This document shows positions 1-10,269 of a stretch of 64,000 nt of DNA, piece after piece. The notes under the pieces were generated by a model, which saw only the letters and a program-made list of their open reading frames with translations, did no database searches and was not told the origin of the DNA. Both the position numbers and the translations under genes were made by a program. This DNA is from a virus: the IMG/VR virus record IMGVR_UViG_3300028008_000005, positions 1 through 64,000 of that record; one strand, given 5' to 3'. The number at the start of each line of letters is the position of its first letter. Position 1 is the stretch's first letter.

Positions 1-93
1 TCCGTATACCCCTATTCTGAAAATAAAATTATATTTACTTTTTCTTTAAAATATGATATAATGTACTTTAGTATAAAAAAATAGGAACTACCT

Positions 94-675
94 ATGTCAG
101 AAATAAAAGTTAAGCCAAAAGATAAACCACACTATGTTAACAACAGGGAATTTTCTCTTTCTATTGTAGACTACGTTAAGAGTGTTAACGAAGCAAAAGA
201 AAAGTGCACTGAAGTACCAATTGTTCCTACATATATTGCTACTTGCTTTTTGAAAATATCTGAAGGACTCGCGCATAAGTCTAACTTTGTTCGATACACC
301 TATCGTGAAGAAATGGTTATGGATGCCGTAGAAAATTGTCTTCGTGCAATAAACAACTATAACATTGAAACAAAAACACGTACAGGTATGCCTAATGCAT
401 TTGCCTATTTTACACAAATATGTTATTATGCATTTCTTAGACGAATAGAAAAAGAAAAGAAGCAGCAGGATGTAAAACTTCGATGGATCGAGAAAGCAGG
501 ATTCGAAGACTTTATGGATGACGATGAAGGAGGTAATCACGAATTCTTTGATGAGCTACGTAATCGTATTGATAGAGTTAAGCAATCTGATAACGAGTTT
601 AAAGAATTCTCTAAGAAAGAAAAACAGAAAGCAAAAATTAAAGCCAACTCTGGCGTTGAATTGTTTATGGGTTAA
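94..675 (+). CDS. 55: Late-transcription sigma factor (T4 gp55 homolog)
   Basis: HYVNNREF, NFVRYTYREEMVMDAVENCL and NAFAYFTQICYYAFLRRI motifs; immediately upstream of 47/46 as in T4-like phages. Confidence 0.95.
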   Translation: MSEIKVKPKDKPHYVNNREFSLSIVDYVKSVNEAKEKCTEVPIVPTYIATCFLKISEGLAHKSNFVRYTYREEMVMDAVENCLRAINNYNIETKTRTGMPNAFAYFTQICYYAFLRRIEKEKKQQDVKLRWIEKAGFEDFMDDDEGGNHEFFDELRNRIDRVKQSDNEFKEFSKKEKQKAKIKANSGVELFMG

Positions 676-677
676 TA

Positions 678-1739
678 ATGAAGATTGCTATACTAAATGA
701 TACACACGCAGGTATGCGTAACTCGTCTGACATATTCATTGAATACCAAAGGAAGTTTTATGAAGAGGTCTTTTTCCCTTATCTAAAAGAAAATAACATT
801 AAAGACGTAATCCATCTGGGTGATTACTTTGACCATCGTAAGTTTATAAACTTTAAGGCTCAGAACGCTAATCGTAAGATGTTCCTGGATATATTAAAGC
901 GAGATGGTATTACTATGGATATCATCCCGGGCAATCACGACGTATTTTATAAGAATACAAACGATCTTTGCTCACTAAAAGAACTGCTTGGTTACTACAC
1001 TTCAAACGTTAATATTGTTATGAAGCCAAAGGTTATGGATTATGCCGGATGCGCAGTTGCATTAATTCCGTGGATTAATAGTGAGAACTACGTGGAATCA
1101 ATCGATTTTATTAAAAATTGTAAAGCTTCTATCGTTGGCGCACACCTAGAGCTTGTTGGGTTTGATATGATGAAAGGCGTACCAAATGCACATGGTATGA
1201 CTACAGAAATATTTGACCGCTTTGAAATGGTTCTATCTGGTCATTTTCACACTAAGTCTAGTCGTGGCAATATACATTACCTCGGTTCGCAGATGGAATT
1301 TACGTGGGCTGATTCAGAAGATCCTAAATATTTCCATATATTAGATACTGAAACAAGAGAAATTACCCCTGTTAGAAATCCTAACACGATGTTTGAAAAA
1401 GTGGTTTACAACGACGAAAAAATAGATTATAATAGTTATGATACTAATCACTTAAAAGACAAGTTTGTTAAGATTATTGTAGCTAAAAAGACTGATCCAT
1501 TTCTCTTTGATCGATTTGTGGATAAAGTCCAAAGCGAAGATATTCACGAACTTAAAATTGCAGAAACCTTTGAGGAATTCTCTGGAGATAGCGTAAATGA
1601 TGAATCAGTATCTGTGGAAGATACAACACAGCTATTAGATTCATATATTGATGCTGTAGATACAGAATTAGATAAAGATACATTAAAGGGATTAATGAGG
1701 GGTCTTTTTGTTGAAGCCCAGTCATTGGAAATTGTATGA
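678..1739 (+). CDS. 47: Recombination endonuclease, Mre11/SbcD-like (gp47)
   Basis: Metallophosphoesterase motifs DTH, GDYFD, GNHD, GHFH; synteny. Confidence 0.95.
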   Translation: MKIAILNDTHAGMRNSSDIFIEYQRKFYEEVFFPYLKENNIKDVIHLGDYFDHRKFINFKAQNANRKMFLDILKRDGITMDIIPGNHDVFYKNTNDLCSLKELLGYYTSNVNIVMKPKVMDYAGCAVALIPWINSENYVESIDFIKNCKASIVGAHLELVGFDMMKGVPNAHGMTTEIFDRFEMVLSGHFHTKSSRGNIHYLGSQMEFTWADSEDPKYFHILDTETREITPVRNPNTMFEKVVYNDEKIDYNSYDTNHLKDKFVKIIVAKKTDPFLFDRFVDKVQSEDIHELKIAETFEEFSGDSVNDESVSVEDTTQLLDSYIDAVDTELDKDTLKGLMRGLFVEAQSLEIV

Positions 1740-3463
1740 TAGCTTTTCGTAATATTAAATGGCGTAACTTTCTTTCTACCGGTAATGAAGAAACGCTTAT
1801 TCAGTTAGACCGTAGCCCGACAACTCTTATAGTTGGCCAGAATGGTGCAGGTAAGAGCACATTACTTGATGCTTTATCGTTTGCATTGTTCGGTAAGCCT
1901 CATAGAAATATAAATAAGCCCCAGTTAGTAAATTCAATTAATAATAAGAATTGTGAGGTAGAAGTAGGGTTTGATATAGGTCAGCATAAGTTTGTTGTTA
2001 AGCGTGGTATTAAGCCAGCTAAGTTCGAGATCTGGCAAAACGGTAATATGATTAATCAAAGCTCTGCAGCTAAGGATTATCAGAACTTCTTAGAGCAGAA
2101 TATACTAAAGCTTAATCATAAGTCGTTTCATCAGATTGTGGTTCTTGGGTCTTCTTCTTTTATACCTTTTATGCAGTTACCAACACCTCATCGAAGAGAC
2201 GTAATCGAGGATCTTCTTGATATACAGATATTCTCTAAGATGAGCCAGTTATTAAGAGAGAAAGATTCAAAGCTAAAAGAACAGATAAACGGACTTGCCT
2301 ATGAGCTAGATCTAACCAAAGAAAAGATTACTCTTCAGCAGAAGTATATTCGGGATATAACCGAAATTAACGATGAACAGATCAAAGGCAAGAATAAGGA
2401 AATATCTACAATTGAATCAGAGATAGAATCTCTTAAGAATGACAGCACAGAGTGGAAGGGGTTTATAGATGAAAACCTAGAGTTACTCAATACTAGGTTG
2501 ACTGAATCATCTACCAAGAGAAATCAGTTCCTTAAGTTTGAAGCACAGTTCCAGCAGCAAATCAGTGGCGTAGTAAAAGAAGCTAAGTTCTACGAAGAAA
2601 ATGATAATTGCCCAACGTGCACACAAAAGATTGAACCTGACGTAAAAGATTTAAAGCTGGCAGAGGCTAAAAAGAAAGCAAAGGAGTTAAGTGATGCACT
2701 ATCTTCTGCCAATGGCAAGACTGCAGAGTATGACGCTATTATAGAAGAAGTTAATTCTAGCCTTAGCCATATACAAGATCTGAACAATAATATTTCTGGT
2801 AACACCAAATCTATAAATAAATCCCTAATCAGAATAAAGGCTATTGAAAAAGAGATAGAATCACTTTCTACTACCCATGGAGATTTATCTGAAGCAAATA
2901 GTGAATACAGCAATTTAATAAATTCCAAGGATACATTATCCGAAAACAAGAATCGCATATCATCCGAAAGACTTTATCTATCTGTTGCAGGGGAAATGCT
3001 TAAAGATACTGGTATTAAGACTAAAGTAGTTAAACAATATCTTCCTGTTATGAACACCCTAATTAATAAATACTTACAAGTCTTGGACTTCTTTGTTTCC
3101 TTTAACCTAGATGAAAGTTTCTCAGAGACTATAAAATCCCGTCATCGTGATAACTTTAACTATGCTTCCTTTTCTGAAGGAGAAAAACAAAGGATCGATT
3201 TGGCCTTATTGTTTACCTGGCGTCAGATAGCTAGAATGAAGAACTCTACATCTACCAACTTATTGATATTGGACGAAACCTTTGACTCCTCGCTGGATCA
3301 TGATGGTGTAGAGAACCTTATGAAGATATTGAATACATTGGATAGTAATACCAACGTATTTGTTATATCACATAAAGGGGATTTACTGGATGGTAAGTTC
3401 CGCAATAAGATAACCTTTAAAAAAGAGCATAATTTCTCTAAAATGCTTCTAGCAGGGGATTAA
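1736..3463 (+). CDS. 46: Recombination ATPase, Rad50/SbcC-like (gp46)
   Basis: Walker A GQNGAGKS, coiled coil with CPTC zinc hook, signature FSEGEK, Walker B LILDE. Confidence 0.95.
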   Translation: MIAFRNIKWRNFLSTGNEETLIQLDRSPTTLIVGQNGAGKSTLLDALSFALFGKPHRNINKPQLVNSINNKNCEVEVGFDIGQHKFVVKRGIKPAKFEIWQNGNMINQSSAAKDYQNFLEQNILKLNHKSFHQIVVLGSSSFIPFMQLPTPHRRDVIEDLLDIQIFSKMSQLLREKDSKLKEQINGLAYELDLTKEKITLQQKYIRDITEINDEQIKGKNKEISTIESEIESLKNDSTEWKGFIDENLELLNTRLTESSTKRNQFLKFEAQFQQQISGVVKEAKFYEENDNCPTCTQKIEPDVKDLKLAEAKKKAKELSDALSSANGKTAEYDAIIEEVNSSLSHIQDLNNNISGNTKSINKSLIRIKAIEKEIESLSTTHGDLSEANSEYSNLINSKDTLSENKNRISSERLYLSVAGEMLKDTGIKTKVVKQYLPVMNTLINKYLQVLDFFVSFNLDESFSETIKSRHRDNFNYASFSEGEKQRIDLALLFTWRQIARMKNSTSTNLLILDETFDSSLDHDGVENLMKILNTLDSNTNVFVISHKGDLLDGKFRNKITFKKEHNFSKMLLAGD

Positions 3464-3516
3464 ATCGTCATAAATCGTAACGAGGGGTATACAATAGCCC
3501 TAGTATACGGTAAAAT
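3462..3516 (+). promoter_or_regulatory. Early sigma70-type promoter with inverted copy of the upstream direct-repeat box
   Basis: AAATCGTCATAAATCGTAACG (3462-3482, reverse complement of the box), -35 TATACA 3488-3493, -10 TAAAAT 3511-3516, 17 bp spacer. Confidence 0.65.
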
Positions 3517-3540
3517 GTCTCTATCAAATGGAGAAAACAG

Positions 3541-5745
3541 ATGGTTAAACAATCCAAGTCAATCTTAGCTCGCCTTCTTGCCAACGAGAACATTACTGTT
3601 CAACGTGGCAATTATCCTACTGCGTACTTTGATGTCGAAAAGCGTGTACTTGGTCTTCCACTTTGGGAAGACTTTGGTAAAGACGTTGAAGATCTTCTGA
3701 TAGGCCACGAAGTAGGCCACGCACTCTTTACCCCTGCAGACGGTTGGCATGATTCACCTAAAGATCTTAAGATTCCAAGGTCATTCTTAAATGTCGTAGA
3801 AGATATACGCATTGAAAGAAAAATCCAATCTATGTATCCTGGCCTTGTTAATTCTTTTAAGAAAGGCTATAAAGTATTTTCCGATCAGAACTTCTTTAAG
3901 ACAGAAGGTAGAGACTTACAAGAATATTCTTTAATCGATCGAATAAATCTGAAAGCCAAGCTTCGAGACTTAATTAATGTTGACTTCAGCCTTGAAGAAA
4001 AACCATATGTAGACAAAGCTTTTAGTACCGAAACTTGGGAAGATGTTCTAGAAGCTTCTAAGGCTTTGTATGAATTTATGAAGGATCAAGAAGAAGACGA
4101 AATACCTTCACCTGAAGATTCTAGCGATGAAGAATATCAAGATTTTTCTGATGAAGATCACGAGTCTGAATCATCTTCTACTGGGTCTGAGAGTGATGAA
4201 AAAGATACAGAATCCGGCGGTGATGCTCAGTCTTCCAGCGAAGACGATGATGATGATGATAAAGAGGGTGAAGAGGTAAATCAAGATTCTGTCTCTCAAA
4301 CAGATCAAGAGTCTAACCAAGATCCTGTAGAAGAAGAAAAGGCTGCTAGTGACTCTTCGGATGGGGATGATCAAAGCGAAGAATCTGATATTGAATCAGA
4401 AACAGATATGGCTTTTAGAGAAAACGAATCTAAGCTAGAACTTAAAAGCACAACAGGATCTAATCAGCCTAAATATCTTGCTCCTATGTCAAGATTCGTT
4501 GCTAGAAATATTATTGTACCATACCCTAAATTAAAAGAAGCACGAATTAAAGCAAAAGAATATTGGTACAGCCACACAGAAAGAGAACTATCAGAAGCAT
4601 TTAAAGACTTTGAATCCGATACTAAAAAAGTTACATCTTTGTTAGCAAAAGAGTTTGAGATGCGCAAAGCTGCTTTTAGAACTATTCGAGCTTCAGAATC
4701 TAACTCTGGCACAATTAACGTTAACAAGTTACATAGCTACAAATACGAAGAAGATATCTTTCAAAAGGTAACAAACCTTGCTGATGCCCAATCTCACGGT
4801 ATGGTTATGTTAGTAGATTTTTCTGGATCTATGCAGAGCACAATCGGCGATGTTATTAACCAAACTCTAAGCCTAATATCTTTTTGTAAAAAAGTAAACA
4901 TCCCGTTTGAAGTTTATAGTTTTACTACTCGCCAGCAATGGAATTCTGATATAGATTTGTCAGCGCTAAGCTCTGGAGAAATAGATCCTTCTTCGGTTAG
5001 TATGCTACACCTTCTTAGCTCATCATTTGGTAAAACAGATTATCAAGAAGCCTATAGAGAACTTTTCTATACTGGCTATCTGTTTCAAGAAAATAGAAAT
5101 CAGATCTCCCAGTTAGAAAGGTTGGGAGGAACACCTTTATCTGAAGCCCTTATGGTAGCAGACTTAGTTATTTCTGACTTTAAGAGAAAACACGGGATTC
5201 AAAAAACAAATTTAGTAGTTCTGTCTGATGGCGAAGGCTCACCACCAAGAACAGTTTATGAACGATTAGATCCAAATATTTCGGTATCCCATAGTGAATA
5301 TGCTATTGACTTTAATAATAAGATAGTCAACGTTTACCGTCAATTTATATCTAGTCATTTAGTTAAAGAACTTTCTAAGAAAGGGATAAATACAACTTGT
5401 TTCTATATAACCTCTAATAATAGAGATATTAATTCTTGTTCCTATCTAATCTGGACTAATAGCAATAAGAATGATCATCCGAATCGCCTTGGTATTACTG
5501 AAGTAGATGAGGAGATCAGAAAAGGTTATAAGAAAGAAAGATTAGTTTTATATAAGGATACGTGTGGGTATAACCAGTTCTTTGTTATTAAAGCTTCTGG
5601 TAAATCCCTTGAAACCTCTATAGAGACCTTAGAGATTAGCCCCGATGCTTCTAAGTCACAGATCAAAAAGGCCTTCTCTAAGTACTCTAAGTCTAAGAAG
5701 ACTAACCGTGTCCTAGCCACTAAATTTGCGGAGGCAATAGCTTAA
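3541..5745 (+). CDS. CobT-like protein: N-terminal HExxH domain, acidic linker, C-terminal VWA domain
   Basis: HEVGH, NVVEDIRIE, long D/E/S-rich linker, MIDAS DFSGSM, GGTPL, LSDGE; paired with downstream AAA+ ATPase. Confidence 0.85.
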   Translation: MVKQSKSILARLLANENITVQRGNYPTAYFDVEKRVLGLPLWEDFGKDVEDLLIGHEVGHALFTPADGWHDSPKDLKIPRSFLNVVEDIRIERKIQSMYPGLVNSFKKGYKVFSDQNFFKTEGRDLQEYSLIDRINLKAKLRDLINVDFSLEEKPYVDKAFSTETWEDVLEASKALYEFMKDQEEDEIPSPEDSSDEEYQDFSDEDHESESSSTGSESDEKDTESGGDAQSSSEDDDDDDKEGEEVNQDSVSQTDQESNQDPVEEEKAASDSSDGDDQSEESDIESETDMAFRENESKLELKSTTGSNQPKYLAPMSRFVARNIIVPYPKLKEARIKAKEYWYSHTERELSEAFKDFESDTKKVTSLLAKEFEMRKAAFRTIRASESNSGTINVNKLHSYKYEEDIFQKVTNLADAQSHGMVMLVDFSGSMQSTIGDVINQTLSLISFCKKVNIPFEVYSFTTRQQWNSDIDLSALSSGEIDPSSVSMLHLLSSSFGKTDYQEAYRELFYTGYLFQENRNQISQLERLGGTPLSEALMVADLVISDFKRKHGIQKTNLVVLSDGEGSPPRTVYERLDPNISVSHSEYAIDFNNKIVNVYRQFISSHLVKELSKKGINTTCFYITSNNRDINSCSYLIWTNSNKNDHPNRLGITEVDEEIRKGYKKERLVLYKDTCGYNQFFVIKASGKSLETSIETLEISPDASKSQIKKAFSKYSKSKKTNRVLATKFAEAIA

Positions 5746-5830
5746 CGTTACGATCTATGACGATTTAGGGGGTTACAGACACCCCCTTTTTACGGTATAA
5801 TACTCATATAAATTGATAAGGACCTATATT
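5746..5830 (+). promoter_or_regulatory. Early promoter cassette (direct-repeat box, -35/-10, conserved leader/RBS)
   Basis: CGTTACGATCTATGACGATTT 5746-5766; GTTACA 5772-5777; TATAAT 5796-5801; ACTCATATAAATTGATAAGGACC leader. Confidence 0.75.
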
Positions 5831-6964
5831 ATGTTAAATGAAAAAAACCTACTTAGTGCAATTGCTGAGACTTACCCAGACCGTAACACCGGTGAATTTA
5901 CACCTAAGGAAATACTTTCAGTAGCTAAAACCTTAGGTATTTCCGATGCTCAGGCCAAAAGGTTTACCGAGTCTAACCCTAGGGTTCGCTGGGGCGTATA
6001 CAAGCTAAATGGCTTGGTTATTCCATTCGAGAAAAAAGAAACTATTATGTCAGCAGTTACCTCAATTATGAATGATGAGGTCTTTGTACCTCAGAAAGAT
6101 CCCTCCTTTGTTTCTTGGGGGCACACAAAAGACGTTACTTCGATTGTGCAGTCTAAGATCTTTTATCCAGTATACATTACAGGCTTATCCGGTAACGGTA
6201 AGACTATGATGGTAGAACAAGCGTGCGCTAAAGCTAACCGCGAATACGTGCGTGTCCAAATTACCCCAGAGACAGATGAGGATGATCTGATCGGTGGCTT
6301 CCGCTTGGTGAATGGCGAAACTGTGTTTAATAAAGGCCCAGTCATCAAAGCAATGGAAAAAGGAGCAATCCTACTCATCGATGAAATAGATCGTGGTTCG
6401 AACAAAATCATGTGTCTTCAAGGGGTACTCGAGGGTAAGCCAGTACTCATTAAAAAAACTGGCGAAGTCATTACTCCATTAGATGGCTTTAACGTGATCG
6501 CGACTGCAAACACGAAGGGTAAAGGCTCAGATGATGGTCGCTTTATTGCTGCTACTATTATCGATGAAGCTTTCCTGGAACGTTTCACGATTACCCTCGA
6601 GCAACCATATGCTACATCATCCACGGAACGGAAGATCGTAGTTAACCATATGCACAAGTTTAACTGCTTAGATGAAAGCTTTGCTGATACGCTTACTGTA
6701 TGGTCAGAGACTATTCGAAAGACCTTTGAGGATGGTGGTGTAGACGAAGTAATATCAACACGTCGATTGTGCCATATAGTTCAAAGCTATTCTATCTTTC
6801 AGGATAAGCTTAAGGCTATTAAGCTTTGTGTATCTCGATTTGACGAAGACACCAAAGAGGCTTTCCTTGACCTTTACACGAAGGTGGATGCAAACCCTGA
6901 GACTGTTCTCGAGGACACCTATGATACCAATTCAGCTATTGACAACATTATTGATAACCTATAA
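5831..6964 (+). CDS. CobS/MoxR-like AAA+ ATPase
   Basis: Walker A GLSGNGKT, Walker B LLIDEID, ATANTKG, AFLERF, ISTRRL; start moved to ATG 5831 after AAGGA. Confidence 0.9.
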   Translation: MLNEKNLLSAIAETYPDRNTGEFTPKEILSVAKTLGISDAQAKRFTESNPRVRWGVYKLNGLVIPFEKKETIMSAVTSIMNDEVFVPQKDPSFVSWGHTKDVTSIVQSKIFYPVYITGLSGNGKTMMVEQACAKANREYVRVQITPETDEDDLIGGFRLVNGETVFNKGPVIKAMEKGAILLIDEIDRGSNKIMCLQGVLEGKPVLIKKTGEVITPLDGFNVIATANTKGKGSDDGRFIAATIIDEAFLERFTITLEQPYATSSTERKIVVNHMHKFNCLDESFADTLTVWSETIRKTFEDGGVDEVISTRRLCHIVQSYSIFQDKLKAIKLCVSRFDEDTKEAFLDLYTKVDANPETVLEDTYDTNSAIDNIIDNL

Positions 6965-6973
6965 GGATATATT

Positions 6974-7339
6974 ATGAGTGAAGGTGTTAAGTACGACCAG
7001 GAAAAGCCAGACTATTCTTTAGTCCCATTTGGGGCAATGGATCAAGTAGTTAAGGTACTAACCTATGGTGCTAAAAAGTACGACAGATTTAATTGGGAAA
7101 AGGTCGAATCTCGTCGATACCAAGCTGCAGCGTTACGCCATATCTCTGCATATATGCAAGGTGAAAAGATCGACCCAGAATCAGGGGTTAATCATCTTGC
7201 CCACGCCATTTGCTCTCTCCTCTTCTTAACAGATTTTGATCTAAAAGAATCGGCAGAGGGGGTTACGGATTCAGTAACAGTACGGTATAATGATAGTCTT
7301 AACGTAAAAATAGAAGGAATTGATGATGAAACTAAGTGA
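6974..7339 (+). CDS. dATP/dGTP diphosphohydrolase-like protein (DUF5664 family)
   Basis: GVKYDQEKPDYSLVP...VLTYGAKKY..NW...AALRH...D.ESG..HLAHA pattern. Confidence 0.8.
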   Translation: MSEGVKYDQEKPDYSLVPFGAMDQVVKVLTYGAKKYDRFNWEKVESRRYQAAALRHISAYMQGEKIDPESGVNHLAHAICSLLFLTDFDLKESAEGVTDSVTVRYNDSLNVKIEGIDDETK

Positions 7340-8006
7340 AGAAACACTCTCTACCCTAAAGAACTTTGCTAGCATAAACGCTAACATTGTAATGAACCCC
7401 GGTAATATCGTAAAGACTATGTCAGAAAGCAAAACTATTATGGGTCAGGCAACTATTCCTGAATCTATACCTAATCAGTTTGGTATATACGACCTAAACG
7501 AATTCCTCGGTGTAGTTAGTATGTTCGATGATCCTACCTTTGACTTTGACCCTAATATGAAATTTGTTAAGGTCTCAGAGGGTAATCGTTCTGTCAAGTA
7601 CTTCTTTTCAGATGCTTCTATCCTAACAACCCCGACTAAAGATATTACTATGCCACCGTGCGAAGTAACCTTTACACTTACCGCTACGGACATGGCAGAT
7701 ATTCGAAAGGCTTCATCTGCTCTTGGAGTAACGGATCTTGTTGTTCGTATTAATCCAGACGAACCACCAAAACTAGTTGTTACAGATACAGAAGATGCTA
7801 CCTCTAATACCTACGAAGTAGATGTTCCTAATTGTTCGGCCGCTGGCGTAGCGTGTAACCTCGTCTTTAACATTGGCAACTTTAAGTTTGTTAACGATGA
7901 CTACGATGTTTGTATCTCGTCTAAACTACTATCTAGCTTTACGGCTAAAAACAATAACACCCAATACTGGGTAGCTCTAGAAAAGAAATCAACCTTTGGA
8001 GGGTAA
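7323..8006 (+). CDS. 45: Sliding clamp (gp45)
   Basis: MKLSEETLSTLKNFASIN, FGIYDLNEFL, C-terminal YWVALE. Confidence 0.95.
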   Translation: MMKLSEETLSTLKNFASINANIVMNPGNIVKTMSESKTIMGQATIPESIPNQFGIYDLNEFLGVVSMFDDPTFDFDPNMKFVKVSEGNRSVKYFFSDASILTTPTKDITMPPCEVTFTLTATDMADIRKASSALGVTDLVVRINPDEPPKLVVTDTEDATSNTYEVDVPNCSAAGVACNLVFNIGNFKFVNDDYDVCISSKLLSSFTAKNNNTQYWVALEKKSTFGG

Positions 8007-8007
8007 T

Positions 8008-8235
8008 ATGTCAGAGCAAGAAGATGGTCTATCAGTCGACGACCTAATGAATGTGTTGAGAGTTATTAACACCTCAACAGAACGTGGAGCCTTTAAGGCT
8101 AATGAGTTATCCTTTGTAGGAAATGTATATGACAAGTTCGCAAGATTTATTAAACAAGCGCAGGAATCAGAGAGCGTTACAGAATCTGATGAAGTCCCAT
8201 CAATTGAAGAAGGTGATGCAAATGGTAGTGAATAA
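8008..8235 (+). CDS. Hypothetical protein
   Basis: ATG after GGAGGG; RGAFKANELSFVG motif resembles small conserved proteins of T4-like phages. Confidence 0.6.
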   Translation: MSEQEDGLSVDDLMNVLRVINTSTERGAFKANELSFVGNVYDKFARFIKQAQESESVTESDEVPSIEEGDANGSE

Positions 8236-8476
8236 TCCAGCGGATCGTACCAAGATTCTAAATGCTATTAAGGAATGGTCTAACTCAGCAACTCGTGCTG
8301 AAGCAGAAAAAGATCTACAAAAAAATATTGTGGGTGATCTTTCTGATGAGGTAGGTATTGATAAAAAGTATATTAATAAGCTTGCTGTTATGTACCATAA
8401 GCAAACCTTTGCCCAGTTCCAGAGCGAAGTAGAAGAAATGGAGGAACTCTACGAATCAGTTACTACTACCACATAG
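8222..8476 (+). CDS. dsDNA-binding protein, T4 DsbA-like
   Basis: Size ~84 aa; KKYINKLAVMYHKQTF..FQSE.EE.EELYE resembles T4 DsbA; start set at ATG 8222. Confidence 0.6.
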   Translation: MVVNNPADRTKILNAIKEWSNSATRAEAEKDLQKNIVGDLSDEVGIDKKYINKLAVMYHKQTFAQFQSEVEEMEELYESVTTTT

Positions 8477-8531
8477 TCTTTTACTTTCTTGTTAAAATGT
8501 GATATAATATACCTTTGTTATGGAGTTCGTT

Positions 8532-9470
8532 ATGAGTAAAGATTTTCTATGGTGTGAAAAGTACAGACCGTCTAAGGTGTCTGAATGTGTTCTCCCAGAT
8601 GGGCTTAAGAGCACATTCAACACCCTAGTCTCTACTGGGGAATTGCCTAATATGCTATTCACTGGTACTGCAGGCGTTGGTAAGACCACAGTTGCTAAAG
8701 CTCTGTGTAAAGAACTGGACCTAGACTATATTGTCGTTAACGGTTCAGAGGAGGGTAACATCGATACACTCCGAAACAAGATTAAGCACTTTGCTTCTAC
8801 AGTCTCTCTTCAAGGAGGCTACAAAGTTGTTATCCTCGACGAAGCAGACTACCTTAATCCGCAATCTACGCAACCCGCTCTCCGTGGGTTCATCGAAGAG
8901 TTTTCTAATAATTGTCGTTTCATTCTAACCTGCAACTTCAAGAATCGAATTATTGAGCCTCTCCACTCTCGATGCTCTGTCTACGAATTCTCTATTCCTA
9001 ACGGAGAAAAGCCTGCTATTGCTGCTGGCTTCTTTGGTCGGGTTATCGATATCCTAAAAAAAGAAAATGTTACGTTTGACCAAAAAGTTGTTGCAACACT
9101 TGTAGAGAAATACTTCCCAGACTTCCGCAGGGTCTTGAACGAACTGCAACGCTATTCTGTATCTGGTACGATCGACTCAGGCTTACTTGTTAACCTAACC
9201 GAAGACAATGTTAAAGTTCTTATATCTTACCTTAAGTCAAAAGACTTCAAGGGTATGCGTAAGTGGGTAGTGGACAATATCGATACAGAGCCTGCAGCTA
9301 TCTTTCGCCAGATATATGATAACCTTAATGCTTACGTTAGTCCCTCTTCTATACCACAAACCGTTCTTATCCTTGCTGACTACCAATATAAGAATGCTTT
9401 CGTTGCAGATCACGAGCTTAATATCGTTGCCTGCATGGTAGAACTAATGGCCAGCGTGGAGTTCTCATAA
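8532..9470 (+). CDS. 44: Clamp loader large subunit (gp44)
   Basis: LWCEKYRP, GTAGVGKT, ILDEAD, SRC motif, FPDFRR. Confidence 0.95.
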   Translation: MSKDFLWCEKYRPSKVSECVLPDGLKSTFNTLVSTGELPNMLFTGTAGVGKTTVAKALCKELDLDYIVVNGSEEGNIDTLRNKIKHFASTVSLQGGYKVVILDEADYLNPQSTQPALRGFIEEFSNNCRFILTCNFKNRIIEPLHSRCSVYEFSIPNGEKPAIAAGFFGRVIDILKKENVTFDQKVVATLVEKYFPDFRRVLNELQRYSVSGTIDSGLLVNLTEDNVKVLISYLKSKDFKGMRKWVVDNIDTEPAAIFRQIYDNLNAYVSPSSIPQTVLILADYQYKNAFVADHELNIVACMVELMASVEFS

Positions 9471-9844
9471 TGAATCCCTTTGACTACCTTAACAGCATTA
9501 ACTCTACCAAGAAAGATATAATGGTAGATGATGCATCTGAGAAAGGCTATAGCCCTTACATGATTAATCGTGGGCTATCCTACTTTAACGACACCGTTTT
9601 ATATGCTAATGAGATGAACCGCTATCACCACCTTGATAACAAGCTTCAATATCATTTTCTTATAAATAGTATCAGACCTAGAAAAAGATTTTCTAAATGG
9701 TTAAAAAAGTCTGATCCAGGTTCGGTGGAAGTAGTAAAAGAATATTATGGCTATAGTAATGAAAAGGCTCGCCAAGTTCTTTATCTATTATCTGATATGC
9801 AAATTAATGAATTGAAGCAGAGGCTATACAAAGGTGGAAAATAA
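9470..9844 (+). CDS. 62: Clamp loader small subunit (gp62)
   Basis: PYMINRGLS, ANEMN, KRFSKW, YYGYSNEKA; between 44 and regA. Confidence 0.92.
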   Translation: MNPFDYLNSINSTKKDIMVDDASEKGYSPYMINRGLSYFNDTVLYANEMNRYHHLDNKLQYHFLINSIRPRKRFSKWLKKSDPGSVEVVKEYYGYSNEKARQVLYLLSDMQINELKQRLYKGGK

Positions 9845-10253
9845 TAATATTAGTGAAGTTGTTGATGACTGGACACCAGGATCAATGCTTGAAGTAACAC
9901 TGAACGAACCAGATGATTTCCTAAAGGTACGTGAGACACTAACCCGTATTGGTGTAGCATCTCGTAAAGATCGCAAATTGTATCAATCTTGTCATATACT
10001 ACACAAGCAAGGTAGATACTTTATTACGCACTTTAAGGAACTATTTCTTCTTGACGCTAAGCCGTCTAACCTAACGGTAAACGATATCGAACGCCGTAAT
10101 ACCATTGCTACGCTTCTATCAGATTGGGGTTTAGTTAGTATGGTAAGCTCTGAGAAACTACAAGTCGCACCTCTAAGACAGATTAAAGTTATATCTCACC
10201 AAGATAAAGCGAATTGGGAACTTTGTCCCAAATATAATATCGGGAACAGTTAA
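9834..10253 (+). CDS. regA: Translational repressor RegA
   Basis: DDFLKVRETLTRIGVAS, LYQSCHILHKQGRYFI.HFKELF, W.L.PKYNIG. Confidence 0.95.
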   Translation: MENNNISEVVDDWTPGSMLEVTLNEPDDFLKVRETLTRIGVASRKDRKLYQSCHILHKQGRYFITHFKELFLLDAKPSNLTVNDIERRNTIATLLSDWGLVSMVSSEKLQVAPLRQIKVISHQDKANWELCPKYNIGNS

Positions 10254-10259
10254 TCCCGG

Positions 10260-10267
10260 TATAAATA
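10260..10267 (+). promoter_or_regulatory. T4-type late promoter TATAAATA upstream of hsp20
   Basis: Exact gp55 consensus in the intergenic region. Confidence 0.7.
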
Positions 10268-10269
10268 AG

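Noticed and set aside
1909-2819. TATAAATA matches inside gene 46
   Set aside because: Intragenic, far from any start codon, and expected by chance in AT-rich DNA.
3462-3482. Canonical Pho box explaining the promoter repeat
   Set aside because: It resembles GTCAT repeats, but the period is 10 bp rather than the 11 bp of PhoB boxes, so the regulator is left unassigned.
3541-6964. cobT/cobS as cobalamin-biosynthesis auxiliary genes
   Set aside because: A MoxR-type AAA+/VWA pair common in T4-like phages; no cobN or other cob genes here, so a chaperone role is more likely.
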